This document shows, one piece after another, positions 1 to 11,400 of a DNA stretch of 64,000 nt. Under the pieces are notes generated by a model that was given only the letters and a program-made list of their open reading frames with translations, was not told the origin of the DNA and ran no database searches. How positions within the stretch are numbered: the first letter of the stretch is position 1; every line of letters begins with the position of its first letter. The DNA lies in the NCBI GenBank assembly GCA_051546255.1, contig CP128820.1, forward strand, positions 558,001 to 622,000, given 5' to 3'. Made by a program: the position numbers and the translations under genes. Origin of the DNA: Meyerozyma guilliermondii. Lineage: Eukaryota.

Positions 1-96
1 TTGGGCAAAAAGGGCAGTGAGAAGGCACTTCGAGGAGATTTCAATGACAAGTTTTGTTTCAACCAAATCACCAAGTATTTGGATCTTCTTGTATAG
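1..96 (+). CDS. Probable 3' end of a gene entering from upstream (…LGKKGSEKALRGDFNDKFCFNQITKYLDLLV*), product unknown
   Basis: Frame 1 is open from base 1 to TAG at 94-96 and is followed by AT-rich terminator-like DNA. Too short to identify. Confidence 0.45.
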   Translation: MGKKGSEKALRGDFNDKFCFNQITKYLDLLV

Positions 97-233
97 ACAT
101 GGCCTTCTGAGGTCAATATATGTAGTATTCTAATTTATTGGTCAATCAGATCTAATTTTGTATTATTAGTTCATCTCATTTTTCGATCTCACTTTTCAAT
201 CTCACTTTCTCATTTTTCACTTCCCCACATTTG

Positions 234-911
234 ATGAGGCACCCCCTTCTTGTGCTCCCCCAAAACTACATTAAGGGTCCAAAATACCTCAACAAGAGCC
301 TACTAGATCCCAAATACTATGATCTCGGCGCCCTAGCCTCGAACCCCTTTGCTTCAGCATTGGTGGAAACAAAGTTGGACGTCTCTTCAAGAACTCGATT
401 TCCCAAAAATCAAACTATCAGGCTTGGTGTTGTTTCCACATCGCCCCCAGTCAGTCCTGATTACCCTTCCCAGAGCAGAACATACCAGCTAACTCCCTTA
501 CCAATGATAATCGAAAGAAAACATCGACCTATGCCTTCGTCCTACATGGTGAACAACAACAAATACATCAATTATGTGGTCAAATCTGGTAAATGGCGCC
601 AGTATATCCCTCTGAAATTTCGCTTCAAGAATGATAATGCCATTGGTAATCGGCCACAGATATCTATGGAGTTGGGTAGTGAGGTCTATGAGGTTTTCGT
701 TGAAAAGATTAAGCGAAAATTGCAAGAACAACCACCTTCAACTGAACCGGGCATGGTGGTCGTGGCTGGAGAACCTGGTATACGCTTTGAAGACGGGATG
801 GTGGCACGCATACCACGAGTATGCTTTTCTGGGGAAAAAAGTGTGTTTGTGCCGTTTTCCAATGAACCGCTAGCAATGCTCATTTTACGGTTTATTCAAT
901 TTCAGAGCTAA
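234..911 (+). CDS. Basic protein, possibly RRG8-like (required for respiratory growth, mitochondrial)
   Basis: ORF 231..911, first ATG at 234. The LASNPFASAL…SSRTRFP segment resembles the fungal Rrg8 family from memory; weak identification. Confidence 0.45.
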   Translation: MRHPLLVLPQNYIKGPKYLNKSLLDPKYYDLGALASNPFASALVETKLDVSSRTRFPKNQTIRLGVVSTSPPVSPDYPSQSRTYQLTPLPMIIERKHRPMPSSYMVNNNKYINYVVKSGKWRQYIPLKFRFKNDNAIGNRPQISMELGSEVYEVFVEKIKRKLQEQPPSTEPGMVVVAGEPGIRFEDGMVARIPRVCFSGEKSVFVPFSNEPLAMLILRFIQFQS

Positions 912-926
912 TCTATCAATCTATAT

Positions 927-2072
927 CTAAAAACTACCAGACACTCTGCTGGCCTGGTAAAAGATCTCCAATAATGAACCATAATGAAGCAAATCGTTCA
1001 TTTGTCCAGCTGAAGAACAGCCTCCTGAGGCTGCAATTGAACCATAATACTCGTCGTACAAGTGTCTCGCTTCCCGCACAAGTTCTGCCTTGATAGCGTT
1101 ATAGGCTTGCACCTCATAGTTTCCCCTTGGACTTGTCTCCGTCACAAGGTCAGCAAACCCTGCAAATAACAAGTGTGAGTATTTGACATCGTCATGAACA
1201 TAAGTGTCAGAATAAAAAATGCTATTGAGGTTACCAGCGCCAATAGCACGTACTGCTAGCTCCAAAGCTTTTGATTTCCAGTCTTTGGAATTGTCGAATT
1301 TGCTCAAAAATGAAAAGCCAGAAATTGCTGCTCCAACGGTATAGGATAATTGACCTCGGTTGACGTTGCCGTTGGTATCTACTCCATCGTAAAGAAAATG
1401 GTTTTGGCTATCCATGAGGTTATCGAACGTCCAAGTGAGACAATGGATAGCAAATTGCAAATAGGTGTTGTTGGGTTTAATCTCGTATGACTTTACCGCT
1501 GCCAAAGCTGCTTCAACGTTTGAAATCAGGGCAAGGTAGTTACCTTTAACACTCCATAAAATACCAGTGCCATTATATTCCTGGCTGCGAATATAGTCAA
1601 GCAAATCGTTACCCACTTCAAAAAAGCTGGTATTGCTTGTGGTCTGACTGGCTTTATAAAGTGCCCATACAACCTGGGCATCGTCGTCCGTATAAATATC
1701 ACCGTCGCGAGCAGTGGTCGCAGAGTAGCCTGCTGCTTGTGTGCTCCGGTACTGAGAAAATGCGTTCATCGCTTTGTGGATGGTGGTATTGTCCATATCA
1801 TTCGAAACGGCTTTCCCAACTACCGCAACTGGCCATAATACTGGAGTCGAAGAAGTATTGCACTGGTTTGTCCAAAGATCATTTTCGCTGTCCCAAAACC
1901 GATCCACAATATTTCGTCCAAGCGATTCGTACACTTCGGTTGCAGAGGCAACAGGGTCTTTTGTGGTGACAGAGACGATGTTGGTTGAGTACGAACCCAA
2001 TTGGTCGATTCCATCGTCCGCAATTGCTGCTGCAAAAAAACTAGCAAGTGCGAGCACCACCAAAAATACCAT
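927..2072 (-). CDS. Secreted glycoside hydrolase family 76 (alpha-1,6-mannanase-like)
   Basis: N-terminal signal peptide. YTDDDAQVVWAL carries the GH76 catalytic DD motif; GILWS, SNVEAALAA and SYTVG are typical GH76 segments. No GPI tail. Confidence 0.85.
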   Translation of the reverse strand: MVFLVVLALASFFAAAIADDGIDQLGSYSTNIVSVTTKDPVASATEVYESLGRNIVDRFWDSENDLWTNQCNTSSTPVLWPVAVVGKAVSNDMDNTTIHKAMNAFSQYRSTQAAGYSATTARDGDIYTDDDAQVVWALYKASQTTSNTSFFEVGNDLLDYIRSQEYNGTGILWSVKGNYLALISNVEAALAAVKSYEIKPNNTYLQFAIHCLTWTFDNLMDSQNHFLYDGVDTNGNVNRGQLSYTVGAAISGFSFLSKFDNSKDWKSKALELAVRAIGAGNLNSIFYSDTYVHDDVKYSHLLFAGFADLVTETSPRGNYEVQAYNAIKAELVREARHLYDEYYGSIAASGGCSSAGQMNDLLHYGSLLEIFYQASRVSGSF

Positions 2073-2284
2073 TAATATTGGTTCTGAGACTTATCCATCG
2101 AAGAAATACTCATTGCCAAGCCTCCCCCTTCATCTTCCAGCTGGTGTTCTCGCCCATTCTGTTTGGGAGCCCGGTGCTTCTAACTCGTGACAATGTGGCT
2201 CATGCGAAAGAAGCATTGTCTAACGGCCGATTAGCCGACCGGAATTACCGATGAGTTGCTATGCTATTGTCTATTGTATATAAT

Positions 2285-2430
2285 CAACTAATTGGGTACC
2301 GTATAATTATCCTAATTGGGTACTGTCAATTATACAAGTATTGTTCAAGTATACTAATTGGTACAATTAAAACCTATTGGCACTTCAACTATACTAATCG
2401 TACTATTGTCTTAATCGTACTGTTGTCTAT
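2285..2430. repeat. Degenerate short AT-rich repeats (ctaattgggtac / ctaatcgtac)
   Basis: Several imperfect copies of actaattgg(g)tac and taatcgtact(a/g)ttgtc in the intergenic region. Confidence 0.5.
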
Positions 2431-2463
2431 ACATTTCTATACGATTTGAGACAGTTGTCACTC

Positions 2464-3609
2464 CTATATCATCCACAACGCCAAGGCAAAAACAGCGTTC
2501 ATTATTGAAAACCCATGTGAGCTTCCACTACCCTTCGACTTGGATGCCAGTGTCAGTGTTGCAGGAGTGTAGGAAACTGAAGATAACTGCTCCGTGGCTG
2601 CGGTGCCAGCTTTCAGGACCCAGTCAGATACATCGCTGTTGCTTATAGAAGAATCAAAAGTAGTGGAATTGCTGACGAAAACGGTAGCTTTTCCGTCGCT
2701 GTCAAATACTACACCTCCTACCATGGTACCTTCGGTGTCACGAGGAATATAGCCATTGGCCTGGATGCCCGACTCGATGTCGTCAGTTCCCTGGTAGTCA
2801 TGGATCGTGGAAAACAATTTGTTGACGGTGGAATCGGTATTATTTTTCACCTCAAAGATATCGAATTCTCCGCACCCGGATCTCCAGCATGAACAATTGG
2901 CATTAGTAGAGTATTGTGAAGTTCTGGGAATGTGTGCATTCAAGAGCCAGATTGCAGGCATGTTGTAGTTGGAAACCTCGGATTTCAGCACTTTTGACTC
3001 GGTGGGCATGGTGAACTCGAAGAGGAACATTTTAGTGGAACCATAGAATCCATGGAAAGCTGGGATTCCAGAACGATACACTCCGCAATCTTTACCGACG
3101 CCTGAGTCTCCACATTTAACGGTAGAGAAGATGGAGTACTCATCTTGCGAGTTGATCAAGGTATCTTTACCCAACAATGTTGCAGAGCTAGCTTTGGACA
3201 CTCCATCGGAATCGGCATAGGTTAACGCTTTTCCCAAGCAAGACGAGTTCAGTCCAGCAGTCGTCAAAAAAGTGACATTCGACGACAGCGATCCGTTATA
3301 GTATGCTTTTCTATCCCAATTGTCTCCATCTGCAACATAGTATCCAAACTTGGACAAAGTAAGAGGACCACGGAAATGAACACTGACCTCCTCGTCGATT
3401 GGAGCATTTGCGCCCAGAAATTTGGTAACCTCGGTGCTCAATTCACATGTACAACTATCGGAATCGACATTTTTGAGCTCTGACACCATATTGTAAGTTC
3501 CGGAATAACCAAAATTGTCAAACTCAATCACACTGACTTCTTGAGCCGAAGATGAAGACGCAGCCCAAGCTGCTGCCACAAATAAAACCTGACAAGCAAA
3601 AGACAACAT
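2464..3609 (-). CDS. GPI-anchored Tos1/Toh1 (YJL171C/Pga52-like) cell-wall glycosidase-like protein
   Basis: ATG at 3609 opens a signal peptide. Motifs EEVSVHFRGPL, NMPAIWLLNAHIPRTSQY and CSCWRSGCGEFDIFE. Ser-rich spacer and hydrophobic C-terminus indicate a GPI signal. Confidence 0.85.
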   Translation of the reverse strand: MLSFACQVLFVAAAWAASSSSAQEVSVIEFDNFGYSGTYNMVSELKNVDSDSCTCELSTEVTKFLGANAPIDEEVSVHFRGPLTLSKFGYYVADGDNWDRKAYYNGSLSSNVTFLTTAGLNSSCLGKALTYADSDGVSKASSATLLGKDTLINSQDEYSIFSTVKCGDSGVGKDCGVYRSGIPAFHGFYGSTKMFLFEFTMPTESKVLKSEVSNYNMPAIWLLNAHIPRTSQYSTNANCSCWRSGCGEFDIFEVKNNTDSTVNKLFSTIHDYQGTDDIESGIQANGYIPRDTEGTMVGGVVFDSDGKATVFVSNSTTFDSSISNSDVSDWVLKAGTAATEQLSSVSYTPATLTLASKSKGSGSSHGFSIMNAVFALALWMI

Positions 3610-4781
3610 TTGAACCTTCAGAACCAAAACTACAAGGGTTTATCTTGATTTAAGCTGTGCCGGGTTCCAAGGCTTAGACATTCTGGCATAGCCGGGCCAT
3701 CCTGCCCCTGCAGGTAATTATGCCCGATTGGGATGTTTATGGTTATAACAGGGCAGTGACAGCTGTGCGGTGACGAAGGGTGATTTCAGCGCGCCAAATG
3801 AGCGACAATCTCAAAAGTGTCACTGGGTGTTTTGTAGGGCGTGTGCTTGTATTTGGAAAGTTTTTGACCATTTTCAAGGACAGAACAAGCAAATTTGCGG
3901 GCCTCCTCGTGGGCCCTGATCCGATTCGGGAATGCGTGCGGCGCGGCTCGGACTTGATGGCACAGTAAAACACGAAACAAAGTGCTTGTTTGTCACAAAG
4001 AATTTGATTGTGCCTCCTGTAATTATGCTCCTAGATCTGAGGCGAACGAAGCAATAATCTAAGCCTGCTGACATAACTACATATATGTCTGATGGTCTCA
4101 GAAAAGACCAGTCATGGTCCAGTATTGACCACAAAAGTTTGGGGATTATAGCAATGTTACTGATGTGATATTCGCCACGGTGTCAGGACTATTAAACAGT
4201 CTGTTGAGTCCGTTTTTTTTTGCTGGTTGAGCCGTTAAGCCGGTGGCCGGTGGGCATTAGGATAATAATCACATTGATATGACATGTCAACGTGTTCTCC
4301 AATCCACATAAACTGGCTGAACGGATGCGAGCTACCATGAAACAGCAGCTAAGAGAAACATTCTAAAAGCTTTTTGTGATTGAAAGAGAAACAGTAGCTC
4401 TTATATGGAACGAATCGCGAGAAACGCGGCTTCTGTTGCAGCCAAAAACCAGGAACCGATGGAGTGCGAAAATAGACCAATACACAAGAGCTAGTTAGGA
4501 AGTGTTCACGCTTTTTTGGTAGTATATGGTCATGGAGAAACTAGAATTTGGAAATAGAAAATGAAATTATAGTATGAAATTAAAATGAAAAAAAATATGA
4601 AAATTTGCAGTTATTTGCAATTTGCAGTCATACCCACATTTTATCTGTCATATTCTATCGCGATTTGCACTCTATTTTCAACCACAGCCAATTCTCATTC
4701 TCATCGGACTTCACACAACCCATTCCATATCAGCCTTCGTATTGAAACTTTCACACAAAATCTCGTCAAGCAGAGAAAATG

Positions 4782-4791
4782 CTAAAAATAG
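4782..4791. promoter_or_regulatory. Rlm1/MEF2-type site CTAAAAATAG
   Basis: Exact CTA(W)4TAG match in the divergent region between the Toh1-like cell-wall gene and the AcrB/Nnf2-like gene. Confidence 0.4.
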
Positions 4792-5090
4792 AAATTACAA
4801 ATTTTCACCAAAACAACTTTTTCAAAACTCTTGCCTTTTCCCTATTCTTCACCCTTACTACTCCTACTCTAATATTCCTCTAATTCCCTTTCACTTGTCC
4901 TTCAAGTGTCCCCCACATGTCGTGTGAGCACCGCCGTATTTGTCTGAAAATTTTGGACTGCATTCGAGACCGTTACCAACCTACGGAACTGCCGGGCCAA
5001 TAAGCCTTGGGAATTACTGAATCTAGGGCTTACAGACGAAATATCTTAGCCAGGTCACTCTCAAGGACAACTTCTTTTGGCATTTTCACC

Positions 5091-7541
5091 ATGGTAAATG
5101 CTGCCCGTGGTAAGACATCGCACGTCCACGAACTTGCCATGGCTTCTTCTGGTGGCACTACGCTTCTTCCCCCATCATCTCTTAGAGATATCACAGCTAT
5201 AGTGTTTATTCTACTATCGTTGCCGCAGCTGGTCTCTTGTATGGTGTTTTTGACCTATATATTATCGGGATCTTCAAAGTTGATCGGTGGAAGATTATTT
5301 GCAAAACATTTTCTTTTTCGAAAAACATACAAGCAAAAGCCGTTAACACTCGAGGATACTTCCTATAACATATACGCGTCGAAACTCTTTGCATCGTTGT
5401 TTCAGGCCTTTTCCATCAACTCCATCATCATATTATTTATGTATCATTTCTTCCCGCTTCAATGGCCCAAATACTTGTCAATATTGGCCAAATCCATTAT
5501 TGCTTCGGAAATGATCGGTTCTGCATTCAAAAACACCACCACCGTCACTTCTGTGTCTGCTACTACCGCCACTAGCACAACAACAACTACAACCATCAAA
5601 CGACCCGCAAGTTTCAATTTTACGAAACACAAACCGGCATCGACTTCTTCTGTCAAATATGCATTCATGAGCTTTGTTCTGGTTTTACTCATCAGATTAT
5701 CGGTGCAAAAATGCTCGCTTGCGTTGGAGCATTCCGAGTTCTACTCGCCCATCGTTCAAACACTTCAGCATATTCAATGGTCATTTTTGAAAAATCATGA
5801 TTTGCTAAAAAAATCAGACTGCCTTGGAACTTTTGCATCTTCTGTTAGTCATCTGTTCTACTGGCACTCGGGGGTATCCAATGGCTGGGTTTACCGTGTA
5901 GTAAGATTTGTCTGCACAAAATGGTTTCACTGTGACGAAAGAGCACTCAGTATGATCTCCAAGTGTTCCAGGTGTATCAACACTTTTCTCAACTACACCT
6001 ACTTGGTTCTCTGTGTCCATGTAGTTACATTGACGATTTCTCCAGTGTTTCACAGAATCGTGTTGCTAAAAAACTATTCAAAGACCCTCGATGATTTGTC
6101 CAGTTTGACACCCAGCTCTGAAATTGACTTCAAACGCAATTTGCAACTTGCCAAAACAAAACGGCCAGCAGAATTGGACGGAGAGTCCGTTACTATCAAT
6201 GTTGAGCAGCCTCAAAAATCGTCTATCCAGGCTATTCGTGTGCCTGAAACCATATCGTCGTCCTCTTGTCCAAGTCCAGGAATTTCGGCTTCTTTAGCAG
6301 CCAAAAATTTTGAAACTTTTTGTATGACACCATTCACAGTGACTCCACCCAGTTCCATGGTCACTCTCAAACCCCACAGAACCACCAGCATTACAAAAGT
6401 GCCTCCTCCAGTGCCCAACTCAACCACCATAGTCGATAAAGACTTGGTTAATGTCACCACAAATCAGCCATTTTGGACACTTTTGGCTGCGACAAAAGCT
6501 ATCATTAAACGCCCCGATTTCTTTGCCGGAGAAGTTACCAAGAAGAAGAACAACGGAGGAGTATTTATATCCACTCTGGACCTATCTCAGAGACTTCCTG
6601 TGGCAGTGTGCTACATAGATAGCCAGTGTGTGGTGTTGGAAGTTCTTCAGCGCAAAGGCTTGCGACTTCCTGAGGCGTCTCGATTGAGAGCCAAGGTCAA
6701 TGGCATCGCTTGGATGAGAACCAGTGCTTACTACGGCGTTGACGAGACCTATATTTGCATTTTTGGGCTCTCACCTTTGTCGCAGTACGAAATTGAAATC
6801 TTTGAAATTGAAGATAACCGTTTAGAAAAGTTGTGCCATGTTGTTTGCAGCACGGTATCGTCTGTTTCTCGCGCTGTGTTGAGTCAATCGCAAGAAACTT
6901 CGTCGTTTGAGACTTTGCAAAGCAGTTTGATAGCTGCCATCAACGGCCTCAACCAGTTGAAGTCCGACTATAAAAAAATGAAACGAGATGAAAACAAAAA
7001 AATTACTGATCTTAAGAAGGAAAGAGATTATGTTCAGAGCAGAATTTCAAAGTACAATCAAAACCTCCTCGATACAAAGTCTAGCGGGAAAATGAAAGGA
7101 CTTCAGAATACGGTTGCGCAGTTTGAGAATGAGGTTCGTGAATTAAACGAGCGTTTGAGTTCCTCCAATACTACACAAGGAAAGACTGAAAACGAGTTCA
7201 AGGCTGAGGAGCGTGAGTACCAAGAGAGAATTGCAGAAACAAACCGTATTGTTGACAGCTATGAAGCTTCTTTGGTCAATCTTCGCAACACCTTGAAGGC
7301 AGTAACTTCGGAGGTGCAGCAACTCGAGTCCAAAAAACAAAAGTTGGCCAATAAGGAGTCAGCCCGGTTGGAAGAGGTGCAAAAAGTAGCCAACGACGTC
7401 AAGGTGATGAAGAAAAATGGGATTCTCGGGCGGTTGCAAAAAAGGCATAAGAAGGTGGATGAAAAGTTCGAAGGAATCATGGCTAAGATTGCCGAAGCTT
7501 CCACCGAGCTAGAATGGCAGCTTCAACGCATCCAGCAATGA
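5091..7541 (+). CDS. AcrB/Nnf2-like membrane protein with C-terminal coiled coil
   Basis: First ATG at 5091. N-terminal TM segment (DITAIVFILLSLPQ), further TM segments, QPFWTLLAATK, FnIII-like IFGLSPLSQYEIE and a long coiled coil. Confidence 0.65.
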   Translation: MVNAARGKTSHVHELAMASSGGTTLLPPSSLRDITAIVFILLSLPQLVSCMVFLTYILSGSSKLIGGRLFAKHFLFRKTYKQKPLTLEDTSYNIYASKLFASLFQAFSINSIIILFMYHFFPLQWPKYLSILAKSIIASEMIGSAFKNTTTVTSVSATTATSTTTTTTIKRPASFNFTKHKPASTSSVKYAFMSFVLVLLIRLSVQKCSLALEHSEFYSPIVQTLQHIQWSFLKNHDLLKKSDCLGTFASSVSHLFYWHSGVSNGWVYRVVRFVCTKWFHCDERALSMISKCSRCINTFLNYTYLVLCVHVVTLTISPVFHRIVLLKNYSKTLDDLSSLTPSSEIDFKRNLQLAKTKRPAELDGESVTINVEQPQKSSIQAIRVPETISSSSCPSPGISASLAAKNFETFCMTPFTVTPPSSMVTLKPHRTTSITKVPPPVPNSTTIVDKDLVNVTTNQPFWTLLAATKAIIKRPDFFAGEVTKKKNNGGVFISTLDLSQRLPVAVCYIDSQCVVLEVLQRKGLRLPEASRLRAKVNGIAWMRTSAYYGVDETYICIFGLSPLSQYEIEIFEIEDNRLEKLCHVVCSTVSSVSRAVLSQSQETSSFETLQSSLIAAINGLNQLKSDYKKMKRDENKKITDLKKERDYVQSRISKYNQNLLDTKSSGKMKGLQNTVAQFENEVRELNERLSSSNTTQGKTENEFKAEEREYQERIAETNRIVDSYEASLVNLRNTLKAVTSEVQQLESKKQKLANKESARLEEVQKVANDVKVMKKNGILGRLQKRHKKVDEKFEGIMAKIAEASTELEWQLQRIQQ

Positions 7542-7569
7542 CTTATGACATTATTATTTACAGAATACA

Positions 7570-8265
7570 CTATTCGTGGAGACACTTTCCCACCGAATGA
7601 AATGCTCGATTGTAGTAAAGAAGGCCACCAGTGGCCTGCGTGGATGGATTAGGATTCAAGATATCGTGGACTTCCACCGCCCAAATTTCGTGGGAGTCTA
7701 CCTCAACCACCTGTCTTTTCTTACAGATAAACACTCGTTCCGCCTCTCGAAGAATTGGGATGTTAACCTTGCTATCTAATTGGTATTCGAACCAATCGTC
7801 TTTAGCAACATACTTGAATGGAGTGGTCATTTCATGGAAAACCTCGCAATCTTTTTGTTCTTTTTCATTCTTCTGAAACGAGATCTCGTCAGTTCCAGTC
7901 TTCTTCTTTACACCGCTAGCAAATATACGGCCCAACTTTACAGCGTTGGCAGTGGGAGGCATGAGGTGAATAGCCATGCTACTATCTCGTTCATGAAGAG
8001 ACTTTGATGTGTACGAAGGCAAATGGAGATTAAATGACAAGAGGGGCGTCGGGCTGACTGAGAGCGAACACACAGAAGAGAGTGTCATGCCGTGAAGTGT
8101 TGGATTTTTTGAAGTTGATTGCGAATCATTTCGATATGGAGCTGTAAGAATCATAGCCTGAGAGCCTATTCGTGCCATCGCCGAGCAGAAATCTGGAAGG
8201 AGCGAGCCCGAAAGTGTGGAATTGTGCCTTGAGAAGTGCTTTCTGAGCCCTGAACATCGTAACAT
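7570..8265 (-). CDS. Flavin reductase-like FMN-binding protein, probably mitochondrial
   Basis: HGMTLSSVCSLSVSPTPLLSFN, SHEIWAVEV and LLYYNRAF match the flavin reductase fold. Arg/Ser-rich presequence. Confidence 0.8.
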   Translation of the reverse strand: MLRCSGLRKHFSRHNSTLSGSLLPDFCSAMARIGSQAMILTAPYRNDSQSTSKNPTLHGMTLSSVCSLSVSPTPLLSFNLHLPSYTSKSLHERDSSMAIHLMPPTANAVKLGRIFASGVKKKTGTDEISFQKNEKEQKDCEVFHEMTTPFKYVAKDDWFEYQLDSKVNIPILREAERVFICKKRQVVEVDSHEIWAVEVHDILNPNPSTQATGGLLYYNRAFHSVGKCLHE

Positions 8266-8455
8266 AGTGGGTTAATCGTAGCTGATGGTCTTGAGAGCGG
8301 CTTGGTGAAAAGACCCTACACCAGAAATTGTGAGGTGCCCTGTCTTTTGTGCAGTCTTTTGGTGCATTGTTACTTCGTGCAGTCCGTCTATTTACTTGTG
8401 TTTTGCATCTACACAAGCGTTTCATTGTACTTTTGAGCACTTTTGTGGTTTTACT

Positions 8456-11400
8456 ATGCTTTTTGATGCAGCATGGAATAATGGTGTGGAACCAGAGACG
8501 CTTTTTGATAACTTCTTGAAGTCTAAAGTTTCACAAAGAACCATCAAAAAACCATTACAAGTTTCAGATCACATAAACCGGCCAATTTTTTCCCAAAAAG
8601 TACACAATACGGCTCTGCGAGTGGTCGATTCGTACTTTTCAAGCCGAGAAAAGACCCCTATTTCCCAAAAAAGGACAGTTTCCAAGGCATTGGCATGTTT
8701 ACGTTCTTCAATAAACCGAAAAGATCACCAATTGTATCTATTGAAGAACAGCCAACGGTTTATAATCGACCTTATTGACATTTCCGAGATCTATTTCGCA
8801 TTCAACGAGCTCAAGGAGCTTAAAAAAGCATTCTGTAATACCCTTGGAGTGGGTTTGAATGAGGACGGTTCGATTCCGTTCGTCGAAATCTCCACAGACT
8901 TGGAACCATCATTGTTGAACCTTGTGGTTTCATATCATTTTCTTTACTTGCAATGTCTCCTCTTGGGGTGCAGTAAGTACTCAAAGTCCATATTTCTGGA
9001 AACATGCTCGTTTATCACCATCGCTCATGTTTTCAGTGTGCCATCGTTCTTCCTCAAAAACTCGTCATTTGGAAGATGGCTTGCATCTTTACACAGCGTG
9101 AAGCCACAAAGTGAGCAGAAAACCTTGCAAAACATGTCCAAGCTCATTGCTGGATTCTGTAGGCTACCAGTGAACTGCAAAACGAGCATGCATGGCAACC
9201 AACTTCAACATACATTAAGTTGTCTTCAACTTAAAAGCATAGAGTTGAAGGTGAAGTTGAACAGCCCTGAAAATGACAAAATTCCTTCCTTGGACTCGTC
9301 CTTGGAACCTTATATCCTGGAATTGCGAAATGTGCTCGTAGAGCATAATAGAACCGACCTTTTGACTCAGATTGACAATGCTATACAAGTTTTGGGTCAA
9401 AAGGAGAAATCTTGTGCTCCAAGTCTCGAAGCTCTTTCTTTGATGTATGGTGAAGATATTGAATCTACAAATTTATCAGCGCCAATATCTCTCGAGAGAC
9501 TCCAAAGGCTAATCAAAGACAGCGATCATTCTCTTATCGAGCTGTATGTTTTGGAGATAATACCTCACGTTACCGAGAAAGATCTTCCCGTAATGGACAG
9601 AGTTACGGTTTACTTGAAAGATAACATAGCAAACTCTTCATGCAACATTCAGTTCTTTGAAACATGCATCTCAAGAATGTTTTCAGTCTTCAAAAAGCAG
9701 AGACAGTGGAAAAGAATTCGAAACATCTCGAATTTACTCGTCAACCTTGGTAACAGAAAGGAAGCACTCTCTCTAAGCTACTGGAAAGAGTCTATTGCTC
9801 TCGAAGTTTTGATCTTGGAAGAACAAACAGACATTAATAGATACGAGGAACAGGTTTCTCTTCGATTAAAATGTGAAAGAATTATAGATAACTTGGTCAA
9901 GAGAGGTCAATATCAGCTCACTGTGCACTTCTTTGGTCAATTGTTTAACAATTTACATTTTAAGGGACTCGAAAACTTGCTCGAAGTATTTTCCATGCCT
10001 GAAGTGATGAGCTGTTTGGGCACAGTGCTTTCCAAAGACCTCTCAACATGCTATGAACTTTTTCGTGGCTTGAGTGAACAGCGAGCTGCGCTGGTAATTG
10101 TAAATTTGTTGCGCTATTCGGGCACAAGGTGGAATACCTCGACGCTATCTTCCATAATGCAACATTCAGCGGTTGAATCGACCTTTTTCAAGTTCCTTTG
10201 TGAATATGAGATTCTGAAATGCTTTCCAAAAGTCGCCATTGTTCAGCCTCATGGTTCGGTTGCAACCAATTTGGAAGCGTTACTCTTGTGTGGTATTGAT
10301 GTACACCACGATCCTTTCAGAGCTGTAAGTCAATTCGAAAGCTACTTGAGCTCTTCAAAACCTCCTTTCGAAATTTGGCTCGAGCAAGATATTGTATGGA
10401 ATTTGGTTGTAAATTTACAACTCTCGAACTTACACAAGCAAGCTGTTGACGTCATAACACTTTATCTTTCCGCTAGAGCCTTCATGAAAGACTCACAGGA
10501 CATTAACAATATGAAATGGCTGCTCAGCTTGAACTTGAAACTTTGCTCTTCACATCTTGCCTGCAACAATCTCGCTTTGCTGCATCAAAGCTTATTCACA
10601 TGTGCATCTTTGCTCAAACAAATCGCAGCTGTTGACTCTTCGCAAGTCAGATCTTATGATGTGCTAATTTGGAAGCTTTTACAACTTGAATTGGAACATA
10701 AAACCGATCTTGCTTCGGCCACGAAAAGGCATGCGGCGGTCAAATCATTCATACAATCCAAAAAGGAGTTTACACTCGACGATCCTCATTCTTCGTTTCC
10801 AAATAAATTGCTGAACTTGTTTGCTCTTGCTAAAGCACACTTGATATCTGGTGATTTGGAATTGTCTCTTGGAAGACATGGGGCAGCTTACGATGCTTTT
10901 CGACTCGCAGTGAAGTTGTTACTTTCCATCTCCAAGAGGTTGGACTCGCTTCAAAGCACGTCATATTCCAGCTTCTCTACTGAAGTCAGCGAACTACTTT
11001 GTCTGGCTCTAATTCGAGGTATCAAAGTACAGCGTACATTGGGGTTGTCAAGAGAAAGCGAGGCTTTTGTGGAAGAGCTTCAATCAGTTACAAGTATGAT
11101 ACATTCACGAGGAAGAATAATTCTTAACTTAAAAGAGATCGTGATCTTTAAAGCACTTCAGTGTGACCTGAAGGGATTCAAAGACGCTTTGCATTTCTTT
11201 TTGGAGCTGTTTGACGATACAAACTACAAGTCTTTCTTTAATGACATTTATTACGGATGCTTACATTTGGCAATGTCCACCAAGCAATTTGAGTTTGATT
11301 CATCTGAAGTTTCTCACCACAAACCGACCTTGGAGGTTGCATTTCTCTCCAATCTACTTGCGGACGTTGAAAGCAGCTGGAAATCCAACTCACAAGATCG

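Noticed and set aside
3700..4221. Possible structured or Pol III ncRNA ending in a T9 run
   Set aside because: No convincing A/B boxes and no RNase P/MRP, SRP, snRNA or snoRNA signatures recognised.
8330..8455. ORF-track N-terminal extensions from GTG/TTG starts (ESP1, SSN2, SPT5, PEX12, PPE1 and others)
   Set aside because: Bacterial-style start calls; the first in-frame ATG fits eukaryotic initiation and the known N-termini.
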